NCBI RefSeq assembly: GCF_006345805.1
Contig: NC_043004.1
Location: 95,294,001-95,358,000 of the forward strand
Reading direction: 5' to 3'
Length of the DNA: 64,000 nt
Source of the DNA: Octopus sinensis
Taxonomy: Eukaryota
Below are positions 1 to 12,829 of this stretch, one piece after another. The notes beneath the pieces are model-generated. The model had not been told where the DNA came from. It made no database searches and saw nothing but the letters and a program-made list of their open reading frames with translations. How positions within the stretch are numbered: position 1 is the stretch's first letter; every line of letters starts with the position of its first letter. Position numbers and translations under genes: made by a program.

Positions 1-140
1 GACCAGCAATTTCGGGGGAGGTGTAAGTCGATTACATCGACCCCAGTATTCGACTGTCGAAAAGATGAAAAACAAAGTCACCTTCGTGAGAGTTTGCACT
101 GAGAACGTAAGGAACCGGGAAAAGTGCCGCTACGCAATGC
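1..140 (-). mobile_element. SINE family B fragment (degenerate)
   Basis: Matches the reverse complement of the family-B core (gtcgattacatcgaccccagta...gatgaaa..caaagtc) seen at 15359-15585 and 41866-42097. Confidence 0.6.
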
Positions 141-479
141 TTCTAGATTTGCATCCTAAACGAAAGCATATTCTTCTTCTCCTAATCTTCTTTCAATTCG
201 TTTTCCAGATCTTTGGTTCGTTTGTTTTCTGAAGAAGTATGAACTTCAATTTGACTGGAGTTAGGATGGTGGGTTTCTCCGCTCGTGTTTTTGCCTCATA
301 CTGTAGTGTTTTCTTTTTCCAAATGGTTCTTTGTTTTTTTCTTTTCTCTTGCCCTCCAGCATTTAGCAAAGCCCCTACTCGTTTTCCATCTGCTCTGTTA
401 CCCTCACTAGCTTGTCAGATTTCAAGTTCTTTTACCTGATAATATACAATTCCAATCTCTGCATCCCTACAAATTCAAA

Positions 480-640
480 GGGACGAGATTAATCGATACA
501 GTCAACACCAACACTAATACTTAATTGACCCCGTAGAGATGAATGTCAAAGTTGGCCTCGTCGGAATTTGAACTCGGGACATAAAAGAGCTGTAAGATAT
601 ACTGCAAGGCATTTTGTCTGACACGCTAACCATTCTGCCT
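480..640 (-). mobile_element. SINE family B copy (degenerate)
   Basis: gaccccg..agatgaa..caaagttggcctcgtcggaatttgaactc...gcattttgtctgacacgctaaccattctgcc is the reverse complement of the B head and core. Confidence 0.7.
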
Positions 641-1194
641 ATCAATCCCATTCTACTGATAATAAATAAGATGTAAATGATACTCGTTCTACTAACAACA
701 ATGGTGATAGTGATGATGACGTTAATTAATTAATTAATTAATTAATTATTGCTGCTGTCGTTGTTGTTGTTGTTGCCGTTGTTGTTGTCGTCGTCGTTGT
801 TGTTGTTGGTTTTTTGTGGTTATTGTTGTTGTTGTTAGCATACAAAGAGAGAGAGATAGAGGGGGCATTGCAAAAGTTAGAATTTAATGAGAAACGACGG
901 TGTGATGGGATTTCAGCCATTTTAATTAGGAGAATTGATGCAATGATGGCAAGTTTCTTTCTCCCCAGATGGTTTTTACATTAAGATTAAAGCTGAATGA
1001 CTGGAACTTGCAGGATCAGAAGAATTGATCATTTTCAGACATGGGCAGTAAATCTCTTGGTTACACTTATGTATGAAAATTGGCAAATTGATAATGGTTA
1101 ATGACCAGGTTCAAACTCAGTCAAGACATTGAAACGGAGTGATTTTAGAATATCTGGAGAAAAGTCTAATTACATATAAGTGTTTGTATTACAT

Positions 1195-1201
1195 ACAAAG
1201 T

Positions 1202-1277
<76 letters not shown>

Positions 1278-1487
1278 GTACATGTACATGTATAAATGTA
1301 TACATATGTGTGTGCGTATGTATGTACATGTGAACACACGCAGATATTTACATACTTGAATAAACCATGTATATCAACATATGCACATACATGCGTATAT
1401 ATACAAAGAAATTATGAATACATATGTAGATATTTCTGGCTGTGCGTATGTGCGCATATATGTATATATATATATATATATATAATA

Positions 1488-1548
<61 letters not shown>

Positions 1549-1689
1549 ATACATACATATATATATATATATGTATATATATATAATATATATGAGTCTG
1601 TTGAAAGAAAGTTAGTGACAGATAATATATATGCACAGACACCGACACTCACAAGTACATGCGCACAAACGCAAACACACAAGCACGCA

Positions 1690-1734
<45 letters not shown>

Positions 1735-1765
1735 TCACAAGCAAACACACACACAAACACACACA
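1195..1765. repeat. Compound (TA)n/(CA)n/(TG)n microsatellite field
   Basis: Directly visible dinucleotide runs; explains the [12 protein letters not shown] ORFs. Confidence 0.95.
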
Positions 1766-2281
1766 CGTGCTTATCTATCTGAGAAATAGTTCTTCATTAA
1801 TGCCAATCTTGTTAATGATACATATTTAAAAGCGAATAATTACTTTTAACGAGACTTTTGTAGCTACAATTAAGTCTTGGCTCTCGAAGAAGAGAATATA
1901 AAAATGGAAATTTGTAAAATAGTTTTAGTAACTCTCGGGGCCATCATTAGAAAGGGTTGCTTCAACTAAACCTGGCACATCTTTATCTATTGTCTTTCCA
2001 CTGTTAAGGCGTTTCTCAGTATCTTCAAATGTTTACTTACATTCTGTACGCTAAAAATAATCAATGTATCAGCTTGAAGAGGATAGATGGAGCATATGAC
2101 CCACTTCAATAACTCTAATATGTGGTAGGAAGAAAGGAAAAACCTCGGACTGACGAAATGGCCCTGATGTCTGCAATATTGCTACTGATACGCAAGGAAT
2201 CAACTGATAGTGCTTAACTGGGGAACTATTTAACACTACTTGACAGTACCCTTACTTTGTTCATATCTATATATATATATA

Positions 2282-2878
2282 TTCTTTTATTTGTTTCAGC
2301 CTAGTATTTATTCTATCGCACTCTTTTGCCGAACCGCTAAGTTACGGGGACGTAAGCATAACAATATCGATTGTCAAGCGATGGTGCGGGGACAAACACA
2401 AACACACAAACATACACACACACACATATACGACGGGCTTCTTTCAGTTTCCGTCAACCAGATCCACTCACAAGGATTTGGTTGGCCCGAGGTTATAGTA
2501 GAAGACGTTTGCCCAAGGTGTCAGTCCTACTACGTGACACATTGAGCAAGTGTCTTCTGCTATAGCCTCGGGCTGACCAAAGCCTTGTGAGTGGATTTGG
2601 AAGACGGAAACTGAGAGAAGCCCGTCGTATATAATATATATGTGTGTGTATGTGTGTCTGTGTATATGTTTGTGTGTTTGTGTTTGTCCCCCCGCCTCAA
2701 CATCACTTGATAAGCGATGCTGATGTGTTTACGTCCCCGTAATCTAGCGGTTCGGCAAAAGAGAATAAGTACCAGGCTTACAAAGAATAAGTCGTGGAAC
2801 CGATTTACTCGACTAAAGGCGGTGCTCCGGCATGGCCGCAGTCAAATGACTGAAGCCAATAAAAGAATAAAAGAATAT
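2282..2878. mobile_element. Head-to-head inverted pair of SINE family A copies (minus ~2282-2520, plus ~2522-2878)
   Basis: The left copy is the reverse complement of the A body (gacgggcttctttcagtttccgtc...gcccaaggtg). The right copy is the plus-strand body ending in ggcggtgctccggcatggccgcagtcaaatgactgaa and an (aataaaag)n tail. Confidence 0.9.
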
Positions 2879-2917
2879 ATGTATGTATGCATATATGTGC
2901 GTGTGTGTGTATACTAC

Positions 2918-3037
<120 letters not shown>

Positions 3038-3069
3038 ATATACATACACACACACATACATATTGCCCT

Positions 3070-3335
3070 GCCACAAAAAATAAGAAATCTGCAAAAGGCA
3101 GTAGATGTTTTCAAAAACGAACTAGACATCCTCTTCCCCACAATACCGGATGAACCAATAGTCCGACATGAGGTGCAGACGAGGGCAGTGGATACACGAA
3201 GTGGGCTAACAGCTGAGACAAAGGCACATACAAGAGTGGTGATGTGAAATACCCCAGACTGAGGAAATCAAAAAGACCACGGTGGTACTCCAGCATGACC
3301 GCAGCTGCATGGCTGAAACGAGTAAAGAAGAGTAA
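3070..3335 (+). mobile_element. 3' end of a CR1/L2-group LINE with a SINE-A-like tail
   Basis: Degenerate translation KIRNLQKAVDVFKNELDILF..IPDEP matches the FKxxLDxxLxxxPDEP LINE C-terminus. It is followed by ggtggtactccagcatgaccgcagctgcatggctgaaacgagtaaagaagag. Confidence 0.65.
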
Positions 3336-3354
3336 TATATATATATATATTCGC

Positions 3355-3545
3355 CTGTTGAGGTGCGTTAGTTAGTGCTTAATGTATTGCACTTGTTATC
3401 GTAGGATTGTGGTTTCAATTCATGGACCGGGTGTTACGTTGTATTCTTGAGCAACACAACGTAACACCCGGTCCTCTCAGTCCTCTCAGCTGAAAAAAAT
3501 GAGTAACCCCTCGACAACCAGCGTTACGTCCAGCAGGGGAATATA
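3355..3545 (+). mobile_element. SINE family C copy (degenerate) with a perfect internal hairpin
   Basis: tRNA-like head remnant (gtggtttcaattc), cttgagcaa and ctcagctgaaaaaaatgagta match the reverse complement of the copies at 40890-41111 and 55519-55850. Confidence 0.6.
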
Positions 3546-5284
3546 TACGCCACAAAATCAAGGCAACACGTTCTTGTGAGCCTATCATTTTCTTCATTGA
3601 TACGTAAACCTACGTGTTAGATATTAAAGCATAGCAAATTTAACTATTTCTTCGGAGATTGAAAAAATTACAAACCCCCTCAATCGATTTTCCATTTTCC
3701 TTAAAGTCGAGTGGGGATGCAGGCATGTCTGGCCGATCAAGAAATATTCCTCATAACTGCGTGGTTTTGAGTTCGGCCCGACTTCAGATCTTTGAGTGAA
3801 TATCTTATACTATAGTACCAGGTAGTCCAGTGAATGCATAGACTTGGTAGACGGAAACTGCAGGAAGCCTGTCAAATATATGTGTATGTGCACAAATTGA
3901 CAGGAATATTAATATTCTATTCTTGTCACTGGTTGATCGAAGCATTGGTTAGGATAAGGTTCTTATAACCGTTTACTCTGCACATTCGAAGGTTTATAGA
4001 ACAAAAAATATTTTACTGGAAACGATATAAGAGTCGTTGATGAGGAGTGCATTCCGGCTATAAGATCCTGCCTCAGTTTACTTTCCGTCCGAACCCTTGC
4101 CAACAGTGGAAAACGGACGTTACACAAACAAATCAATGTAATATACTATCATTATCTCCTCAATTCACTAATTCTGTTGTTCTTTATATATGGCATCATA
4201 GGCACCAATTTGAGGCGTGAAAAAACCGAAATACCACTAAGAAGACTTACACCATGAACTATAGATCAGTTCTCATGCGACTGCATTGTCAATTATATAA
4301 CAGTGGCGTTATTCTATTTTCTCAAATTACATCTATACTGTAATAAAGAAGTGTAAATTGATTTTGCTTGGTAGTTAATTGATTATTGTATTGCGTTGCT
4401 TTTATTTTCTCTGCAAATATAAATGGTTTAAAGTAATCTAAAAATTGTTACAAGAGTGTAATATCAAAGAAAACTGGGGATTTACTCGTGTCTCATTCCG
4501 AATAGTGATATCTGATAATCTCTCTCAAAGCTTTCCAACATTTAACCATTTTCTTAAGCAAAGAAATAGCTCATGTGATTTGAAATAGATATAAGTAAGG
4601 ACATTCTAGTGTGTTTTTCTGTGAATATTAAGAAAACGTTAGTGGAGAAAGAAAGAGTAAGAAAGGTATCAACTGTCTCAACCAGCCAAAGAGCTAAAAG
4701 GAAATATAAAACTAGTGTGCAGGGCTTCTTTTTCTAGATATCTTCCAGCTTTTCTATTAATCTAATTTACACTCTGTTTACTTTTCTGTCCTCCTGCTAC
4801 ACCCCTGCTTACTTTGCCTTATTCCTTCCTTCCTTTTTGTCTTCTCTCTCTCTCTCTTCAACTTTTTTCTCTCTCTTTCTATCTTTTACTCCCTCTCTCT
4901 CTCCTTCTTCTGTCTTTTAGTTGTAAGCAGAAACATCTTCCTTCTTGCATCTATCACAAAACAATATTTAGACTAACAGTTATATAGGAAAAAGCTACCT
5001 GTGTTCAAGCCAGGCTCTGATCAAGCAGAGATACGATCAGAAGCAATCCAACGGTGACCACTCTTTCCTCCTTTTCTTAGAATTATATACATAAAGATAT
5101 TATCGAATGATTCCTCTCTTATTTAAGAAGGAAGGGTGATTTGAGAGAAATTTTTCAGTCATCTTTAGCAAGGTGGGCAACCATGTAAAGCCTAACTTAT
5201 TAACTCCATATCATATTTAGGCCGCGGATACTTTCTACTTGTTGCTGTTCTAGTTATTGTTTAATTCCAGATAAATTATAATCA

Positions 5285-5536
5285 AGTAGGTGTGCGATCA
5301 GTGTTGTAACCATTGCATCTATTTTTGTATGTGACTTCGTGTGTACCGTTGGTGATTTTTTCCCTCTGTCTTCCCTTCTCTGGATCTTTCCTTCTCCTAT
5401 GTTTCCGATGAAGAGCTCCGCTCGAAACGTTAAACCCTCCTTCTTTCCGTCTTTCCTGAGCGTCCAATAATACTATATTTGTTCCTCGTCCTCGCGTTGT
5501 TGTGTTTTTGTTGTGCTTTCTTGTTTGGATTAACTT

Positions 5537-5540
<4 letters not shown>
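5285..5540 (+). mobile_element. Penelope-type pseudo-LTR-like repeat carrying a hammerhead motif
   Basis: A pyrimidine-rich segment surrounds the hammerhead-like motif at 5401-5435. The association of such motifs with PLE pLTRs is established; the assignment here is an inference. Confidence 0.5.
5401..5435 (+). ncRNA. Minimal type-I hammerhead ribozyme motif (core U4->C variant)
   Basis: GTTT-CCGATGA-A-GAGC-tcc-GCTC-GAAA-CG-T-T-AAAC: stem I GTTT/AAAC, stem II GAGC/GCTC, palindromic ACGT stem III. Confidence 0.7.
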
Positions 5541-5576
<36 letters not shown>

Positions 5577-6299
5577 GTGTGTGTGTGTGTGTGTATACAT
5601 ATACATATTGTATATCTTATATATACTGGCTTATGTGGACTTCTTTAAGGTGTGATTTTAAGGAGGTTTGGCTGATATTTCTAGAAATCTAAACAATTAC
5701 GAAGAGGTTCCTGCACGGGCTTAAGAAAAATGTACAGAAATATAGCTGGAGGTGTTTAGCAGCAGATCAGCTCTGCTTGAGCAAACACATCATCGAAGAT
5801 GTTTCAGACATGAAATTCTGTCATCTTAGAGATATACATTATTCAGTACGTCCTTCGCCTTTTCATGACAGTAGTGTAGGCTTTGAGGGAAACTTGGTTG
5901 CTATTTCTAACAGGCCAAACTGCCACTTTGAGGTTATTTCGACGACTGTAAGAATTTAGTCTAAGTACATTAGTTACTAAGTACTTTCTCGTCTTTCGTT
6001 TACAAACTGTAACTTTTGACTATAAGAATCCCTTCTGGAGAGATGAGCTTTCTTTACGAATCGAGATGTAAACGGAATGTGAAATAGCATACACTCGGAT
6101 ATTAAAAATATTAATATAGAAGAAATACCTGGAATGTCTTATCTCCAATGCAGTATATTTAAGTAGCTGTACGCATAAGCACAAAAAAGCAACGATGATA
6201 TATCCTCAAGAGAAACGTTCGACTTCTAAACTTACAATTGAAGCCGAATATTCTTCACAGCTCAAGAAGTGAGAAACACGCGAAAAAGACACAATGAAG

Positions 6300-7710
6300 A
6301 AGATAAGGTTTATATATTAAAGAAATAACTTCCAAAATAAACTGCACTCAGATATCAAATAACTATGGATGTAGGGAAAAATCTTCGTCTTCCCAGATAA
6401 AAGAAACTATGTGTAAGAGACATACATATCAAGCAAAGACTTCTTTAACAGCAGAAGTAAGACATAAAAAGTAAACAGCAGCAAATACTACGCAGTCAGT
6501 AGAGAAGCATAGGAATTAGAAAGTTTGCAGGTAACTAGGAATACCTAGTAAAGTGGCAAAACATACATCTCATTAAGAGTGAATTTCGTAGTACTCCAGT
6601 CTGGGTAGAGAAAGAACACGATTAGTTTTTCAATATCACCGTGGAACCTTATGACTAAGTAGATGCACGTAAGCTATTCGGACAATATACACTAGGAAAA
6701 CCAAGCAAGAGATTCGACCTCGGCAACACAGGCTTCTAAGAAGTTGATAATATGGGTAATTTCTCACAATATGAGCGGTCATGAATTATGCATATTTGGA
6801 AAATAGGTAATATTTTCAGTGACACTAACTTTTGAATCGCTGTCCTAAACAACCTACCTGTGACAATTTCCCTAGCGAAACACTAAACCTAACAATATAA
6901 AAAAAAATTCTAGAAAATCGGGTCAAGCTTTGGTATAAACAAGCAAAGTTTGTAACCACCCACTTTGATAATAATAATCAATAACATAATCGGAGAATTT
7001 CCGCAAAGCTCGCTGACAAAGCAATATTCGAACAAGCAACACCACCTAGAAACTTTAATATGAGTTCAAAGAAAAATTAGATTACTTACACAAATTCACA
7101 CAAACAAACCAAAGGAAAATTGAACCTGTAAAGAATTATCTTTCAATTCGCCTTTAAGCCAAAAATGTAGGGACAAATTTTGTTGCTAAGACTAATCACT
7201 AAGCAGTTCCCAACAGGCCACAAATACCATAAACAGGAACAACAGGAAAGGTATCTATAGCTGCATAAGAAATCTAAAATACACATCGACCTGCACAGCC
7301 CATATTCAAAGTTAGATATAAATCCATTAGATTAAATCCATGTATATTCAGTGGAAATTACCGTAAAAGGAAATAGTCTACAAAGAAACACTTCTGCCAA
7401 CCGATAAAACTATATTGGACCAACAAGTGGAATGTTCTCAGTAAGATACACCCAGTAAACTCGTGTTTTGTAATAATTACAAAAGAAACGCAGTTTTTAT
7501 CAACGAACACATAGGTCTTTAAAAAAATAATATATGTATGAAGTGGTCAACGAGAAACAGCGCAAGCTGTTAAGTGAAAGAGTCCAGTAGATGGCTTCTG
7601 TACACCACAGTAAAATTCTAGATAATTATGCAGTAAATATATTTGACCAATCGAAGAAATTAGATGACGCTATGTTAGCCACTCCAGAATAAATTCATTT
7701 CTAATGACTA
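6300..7710 (+). mobile_element. Highly decayed Penelope-like retroelement (RT + GIY-YIG)
   Basis: Broken-frame motifs FNITVEPYD..VDARKL.GQY (cf. FDVTMGSYDGAEVCEL), LRLITKQFPTGHKYHK (cf. KHFP..H..HKIFNRN) and IVYK...YIGPTSG.F (GIY-YIG). Confidence 0.6.
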
Positions 7711-7872
7711 GTCTGAATATTGCGAGCAGTATTCTAATTAATAAATGTGGAGATGGTAGCAGAGGCTCAGCAATGCTAAATCTCAGCAAGATTACATTTT
7801 AGACCGACTATAAAAATTAACAAATTAACCAAAGAAAACGTAAAGCAATTTCGATGTATCAGATGCAATGAC

Positions 7873-7873
<1 letters not shown>

Positions 7874-7927
<54 letters not shown>
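7874..7927. repeat. (GAAA)n microsatellite
   Basis: Direct observation. Confidence 0.97.
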
Positions 7928-7929
<2 letters not shown>

Positions 7930-8264
7930 GAAAACACAAAAATATTTAACGATGTCAGACAGATATACGACTGAATCAATAGAGACAAAAAAAATCATAA
8001 TTTAGTGAACCTGGATATAACAAAATTGGCCAATTGAGTCAAAACAACGGTTTAATTGAACAAAAAACAAAAACAAAAAAGAGACAACAGGATAATAATA
8101 AGTCAGCATCTTCAGTAAATCAACAGATGCGAAATGAATGACAATCTGGAGCAACTCGGTTTAGTAACGAAATCCACAATGACAAAAGAAATGATGAAAT
8201 AGTTAATGAAATGCAATAACATGGCAATATTTGGGAAAGAAAGCTATCTCAAGAATATATTTAC

Positions 8265-8573
8265 CTAGCAGTATCGCCCGGCGTTGCTCGGGTTTGTAAG
8301 GGAAATAACTATATAAGCATTTTTAGTGAGTTACTTCCCTTATATAAACCGAGCAAAAAAATGCATTTAAAATGCGAAAAAATTATGGTAATTTTTTTTT
8401 TAATCGTAGACTCATCGTAGACGCGCGCTAATACCCAGAAGGGCTCGATATGAATCACGACTATAAGATACCCGGTTTTGGTTAAACTGCACCGCAAAAT
8501 GTGGGAGTAGTTAGGAATCTAAATCGGAGAAGACAGACTCTCACACACACAACTTCAGTTTTATATTTAAAGA
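8265..8573 (-). mobile_element. Non-autonomous Helitron, short copy
   Basis: On the minus strand it starts TC(TTTAAATATAAAA) and ends with hairpin CCCGAGCAACGCCGGG 8 nt before CTAG. Highly similar to 40261-40661. Confidence 0.8.
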
Positions 8574-9142
8574 TTACTACTCGAAGAAACTAAGAGTTAC
8601 CCACAGAAGAACAAGTATTTACACCTAAAAGTACTCATCTGAAAAATCATAGTGATGTGAAAATCTGAAAATTGAGTCTCAGAGAAGATAAATATAACCA
8701 CACATAGAAGATATGAGCGAGGTGACTTCGTTCGTTTACGAAAATAACGATGAATTAAATTCTAAAACGGAAATGTGGTGCAACACCTTCCAATCAGAGA
8801 AACGATCAGCGAATAACGCCGTCAATTAATGGTGAAATTCCTTAATTGCACGGCGTTGGGAAGTATATAGACTATGCTTCCGTACCACCATTAATGCTAA
8901 TAGTACTAAAAATAACAAACTATCATGCATTCTTTTGGGAATTGTTGAGCCGCTGGTAGAGATTTAGAAAGATGTACAGGGTGTCCGATCTAAAATAGAC
9001 AATTTTTAATACCTCTTTTTGGGGCGGGGGACAGCTTGATATATTGAAGAACTCAGCGGTGTTTGAGAGCATAAAGACTAAAATTGTAGTTGAGAAAAAA
9101 TTAACTGATGTGGTGGACATCTGAATATTTGAAAAAGTTACC

Positions 9143-9212
9143 GCTCGACTAAAGGCGGTGCTCCAGCATGGCCACAGTCAAATGACTGAAACAAGTAAAA
9201 GAGTAAAAGAGT
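9143..9212 (+). mobile_element. SINE A 3' tail only (5'-truncated)
   Basis: gctcgactaaaggcggtgctccagcatggccacagtcaaatgactgaaacaagtaaaagagtaaaagagta. Confidence 0.9.
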
Positions 9213-9408
9213 ATAACATGATGATTCGTGACACTTTAGTTTTGTTTTCCGTCTTTTGTTTTCCGTTGTTTACTGTCTGAGGGGGACGGGATAAACAAGC
9301 TGCATCAACTTGCTATAAAAGCAAGTAGGAGTTTTACCATGTCCTTATTCTTAGTGAAAGTTTTGAAGAGTGCAGTTCGATTTTAACAGTTATTTCTTCA
9401 ATGCTACG

Positions 9409-10262
9409 ATGGAAGTGACAAAGGAACATATTCGGCATATTTTGCTTTATGAGATCAATAAAGGCAACAACGTAACACAAAGTGCAAGGAAAACTAATGC
9501 AGTAAATGGGGATCGGACAATAAGCGTAAGCCAGTGTTAATGGTGGTTCCAGAAATTCCAAGCCGAAAACTATAGCCCAGAAGACGAGCCTCGTTCTGGA
9601 AAATCTGTGGAGCTCGACGAGGACGTCCTGCAAACCCTGGTGGAACAAAGTCCCTTCGTAAGGGGAACTAGCAGAGATGCTTGGATTTAATCACTCAACA
9701 ATTCATCGACACCTACATGCCATCGGAAAAGTCAGCAACTTGGGTCAGTGGGTTCCTCACAAACTTTCCGATTCTAATCGCGCGCAGAGAGTAAATGTGT
9801 GCTCTACTTTGCTGACATTTTTGGACCGAATAGTGACTGGTGAAGAGAAATGGGTTCTCTATAAAAATGCCAAGTGCCGAAGACAGTGGGTAGGGAAAGA
9901 AGAAACACCAGCACCTCAGGCTCAAGAGGGTCTTCACCCACGTAAAATGTTGTTATCTGCTTGGGGGAATATGAAAGGTTTAGTCCGCTTTGAACTTTTA
10001 AACTCAAACCAAACGATAACAAAGGAGATCTACAGCAAGTCGCTTGAGTGGCCTAAGTCAGCGCTAGAAGAGAAACGACCATCTTTGCTTTCAAGACGAA
10101 AGGTATTCTTCTGTCAGAATAATGCTCATACTGCGAGGATGACATTCCAAAGGCTGGAGCAGTTTGGATGGGAAGCGACACCCCACCTACCATATTCCCC
10201 GGATATTGTCCCTCTGCAATCATCAAAATTATTCGGACAGAAAAAAATATGAATTATGTAGT
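9409..10262 (+). mobile_element. Mariner (DD34D) transposase pseudogene, nearly full length
   Basis: Starts MEVTKEHIRHILLYE at 9409, with an internal stop and a frameshift. It then reads WVPHKL, DRIVTGEEKWVLY, LHPRKMLLSAW and PYSPDI, which are diagnostic mariner motifs. Confidence 0.93.
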
Positions 10263-10284
10263 TCACTATACGTCCACACAACAA

Positions 10285-10373
10285 TTATATACTTATACAT
10301 ACACATATACACATACACACACACACACACACACATATATGTATACACATACATATATACATACATACACACA

Positions 10374-10427
<54 letters not shown>

Positions 10428-10497
10428 CATACATACATACATACATACATACATACATACATACATACATACATACATACATACATACATACATACG
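10285..10497. repeat. (CA)n/(TA)n/(CATA)n compound microsatellite
   Basis: Direct observation. Confidence 0.95.
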
Positions 10498-11564
10498 GAA
10501 AATTCCACTGAGCAAACATTTGGAAATACGTGGAGAAAGAAAATTCAAAATCGTCTACAAATGCTCAAGGGAAGCCAAAAACCTTCCAAAAAACAATGGA
10601 ACTTTACTTCATAAAGAAGTTCGCACCACAATTAAACGCTTGAAAAAAGGAAACATTTAGAAATACGTGAAAGAAAGTTATAAGTTCTGAAAATAACGGA
10701 ACTATACTTCTCTTGAATTTGATTGTATATATGTTAAAGATGATCTCAAACCATTGCTAAAACCTTTTTACCACATTGTTGTTGGACCTTGCGAAACACT
10801 CCAGATTCCGAATTTCTGTAAAAACAGCTGATCTCCCTCTTCTGTATTTGGCTCTCTTTCTGCTACAGAAAATTCTAGGTTGGAGCTTTAAAATATATTC
10901 AAAACAAAACAGCCAACCAGAAATAGGTAAATTTGGAAATGTTACCGCATTGTGTATTGCTTTTTTCAAAAATTCCGTTTTGCAGTCTGAAGGACAAATA
11001 CTTTGGACTAAAATCAAGAGTAGTGGCTAAAATGACCAAAACTTTCTAAATTTATTTAACCACAGAGATGAATCTTGATTTATATTAATCTATTATTCTT
11101 TAAAAAATCATAATGTGTACTTACGAATGTGTGGAATGTGTATCTGTTCATAAATATGAACATGTACACATAAATGTCTTTGGGTGTGTGCGCGTATGTA
11201 TGTATATATGTATATATATATGGGTGTGTGTGTATATATGTATATATATATATATTGAAATGGATAAATGAATTATCTTGTTAAGGATTATTCAAAATTT
11301 AACCGATACCTGGGTAGCAAAAATCACAACAGAAAAAACACGGTTGAAGTTACGACCTTGGGGTGTCGCAACCGTGCCTTAGCGCGGATAATTGAAGTTT
11401 AATATATTTAGTGAAGGGAAGAAATGGAGCTGAACGAAGATTCTACAGAATTCCTTTTATTATTTTCTACACATGTTTCAAAGGCCGCAAATTTCCAAAT
11501 TCGGATTGAATAAGGAGACCATTTTGCAGCATTTTCTTCAGGAAAATCCATATATATATATATA

Positions 11565-11608
<44 letters not shown>

Positions 11609-12045
11609 GCTGCGTGGGTATATGGTGAACTCAAAAACCACTCTTTCGAAAACACCAACAAAAGAGTTGATCACATCCATACTACTATTCTTTAATGAAC
11701 ACGAAAGAGCAAGTCCTGGAAAGGCAATTATAATTTTTACTGAAGACAGTAAAAAACAACATCTGGTTTTTAATTTAAAATTTTAAACAATTCAGACGCA
11801 AAAATTCTTTTTCCTTTCTCTTGTTTTTCCTCCCCCACCATAAAACGAGTCTGACCATACAAAAGCCACACCTCTTTACCTCCCCCTACTTCTCAAAGCA
11901 ATTTTTTCTTCTTTCTTTTCCCTTGCTTGGCAAACCCTAGAATATTCTTTATAAAAAGGCCAAGAAATCTAAATTTGAACCATTTTTTGATAAATCCGAT
12001 AACGGAAGAAAGCGCTAAAAATGTAAATAAGATGTAAATTAATAA

Positions 12046-12090
<45 letters not shown>

Positions 12091-12829
12091 CATCCAACAT
12101 TCTGACTACCTTATTATACTAAATACACAATATCTGTACATCACTTCAAAATCTCTCTTTCTCACTTTCTCTCCATATATATATATATATGAGAGAAAAG
12201 CATGAAGTAAGAATTTGGTATTCCTTTATTTCAATTGTTGCATATGTTTCTGTGTTTGACAATTGATGATGTCATTGCAAATTCAATTTACTGGAGAGAG
12301 AATTTAATCAAACCGAAAACGTCTTCAGGCAGGGTCAAAACACTGATCACAAAAACGCAAGTATCTTATATATGGGATCGTGAAGCAAGAGAGAGAGAGT
12401 TTAACATGATTACTGTTAAGAGCCGTAAGCAAAACAGTAATTTTGTCACGCACCTAGTTCATAAATATATATATATATATATACTGGTTGATTGCATCGT
12501 TTGCGAAACTTGAAATCCTAGTTATATTGAACCTTACAATAAATTTTAATTTATTTTTAGCAGTAAACCTTTTCTTTGTATATCTTGTGTTGTGTTGTTA
12601 CTCTTCTTAAACTTGCCTTGACATAATAAGCTTAATTTAACAGACACACACACACACACACACACACAAATACATAGATAGAACATACAAATCTGCCGTT
12701 ACATACATTCATACATACAAACAAACAAAAATACCCTGTTGAAATTCTCAATAAAGGAGTCTTGGATCTCAGTTAGAAATCGGTTCTTTCTCTATTGGCA
12801 AGAATCTTGACATAAACTGAATAATGATA

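Noticed and set aside
10497-10680. Possible Tc1 transposase C-terminal remnant (a similar mariner tail lies at ~42130-42260)
   Set aside because: Only a few residues match across broken frames and no TIR was found; not supportable as a feature.
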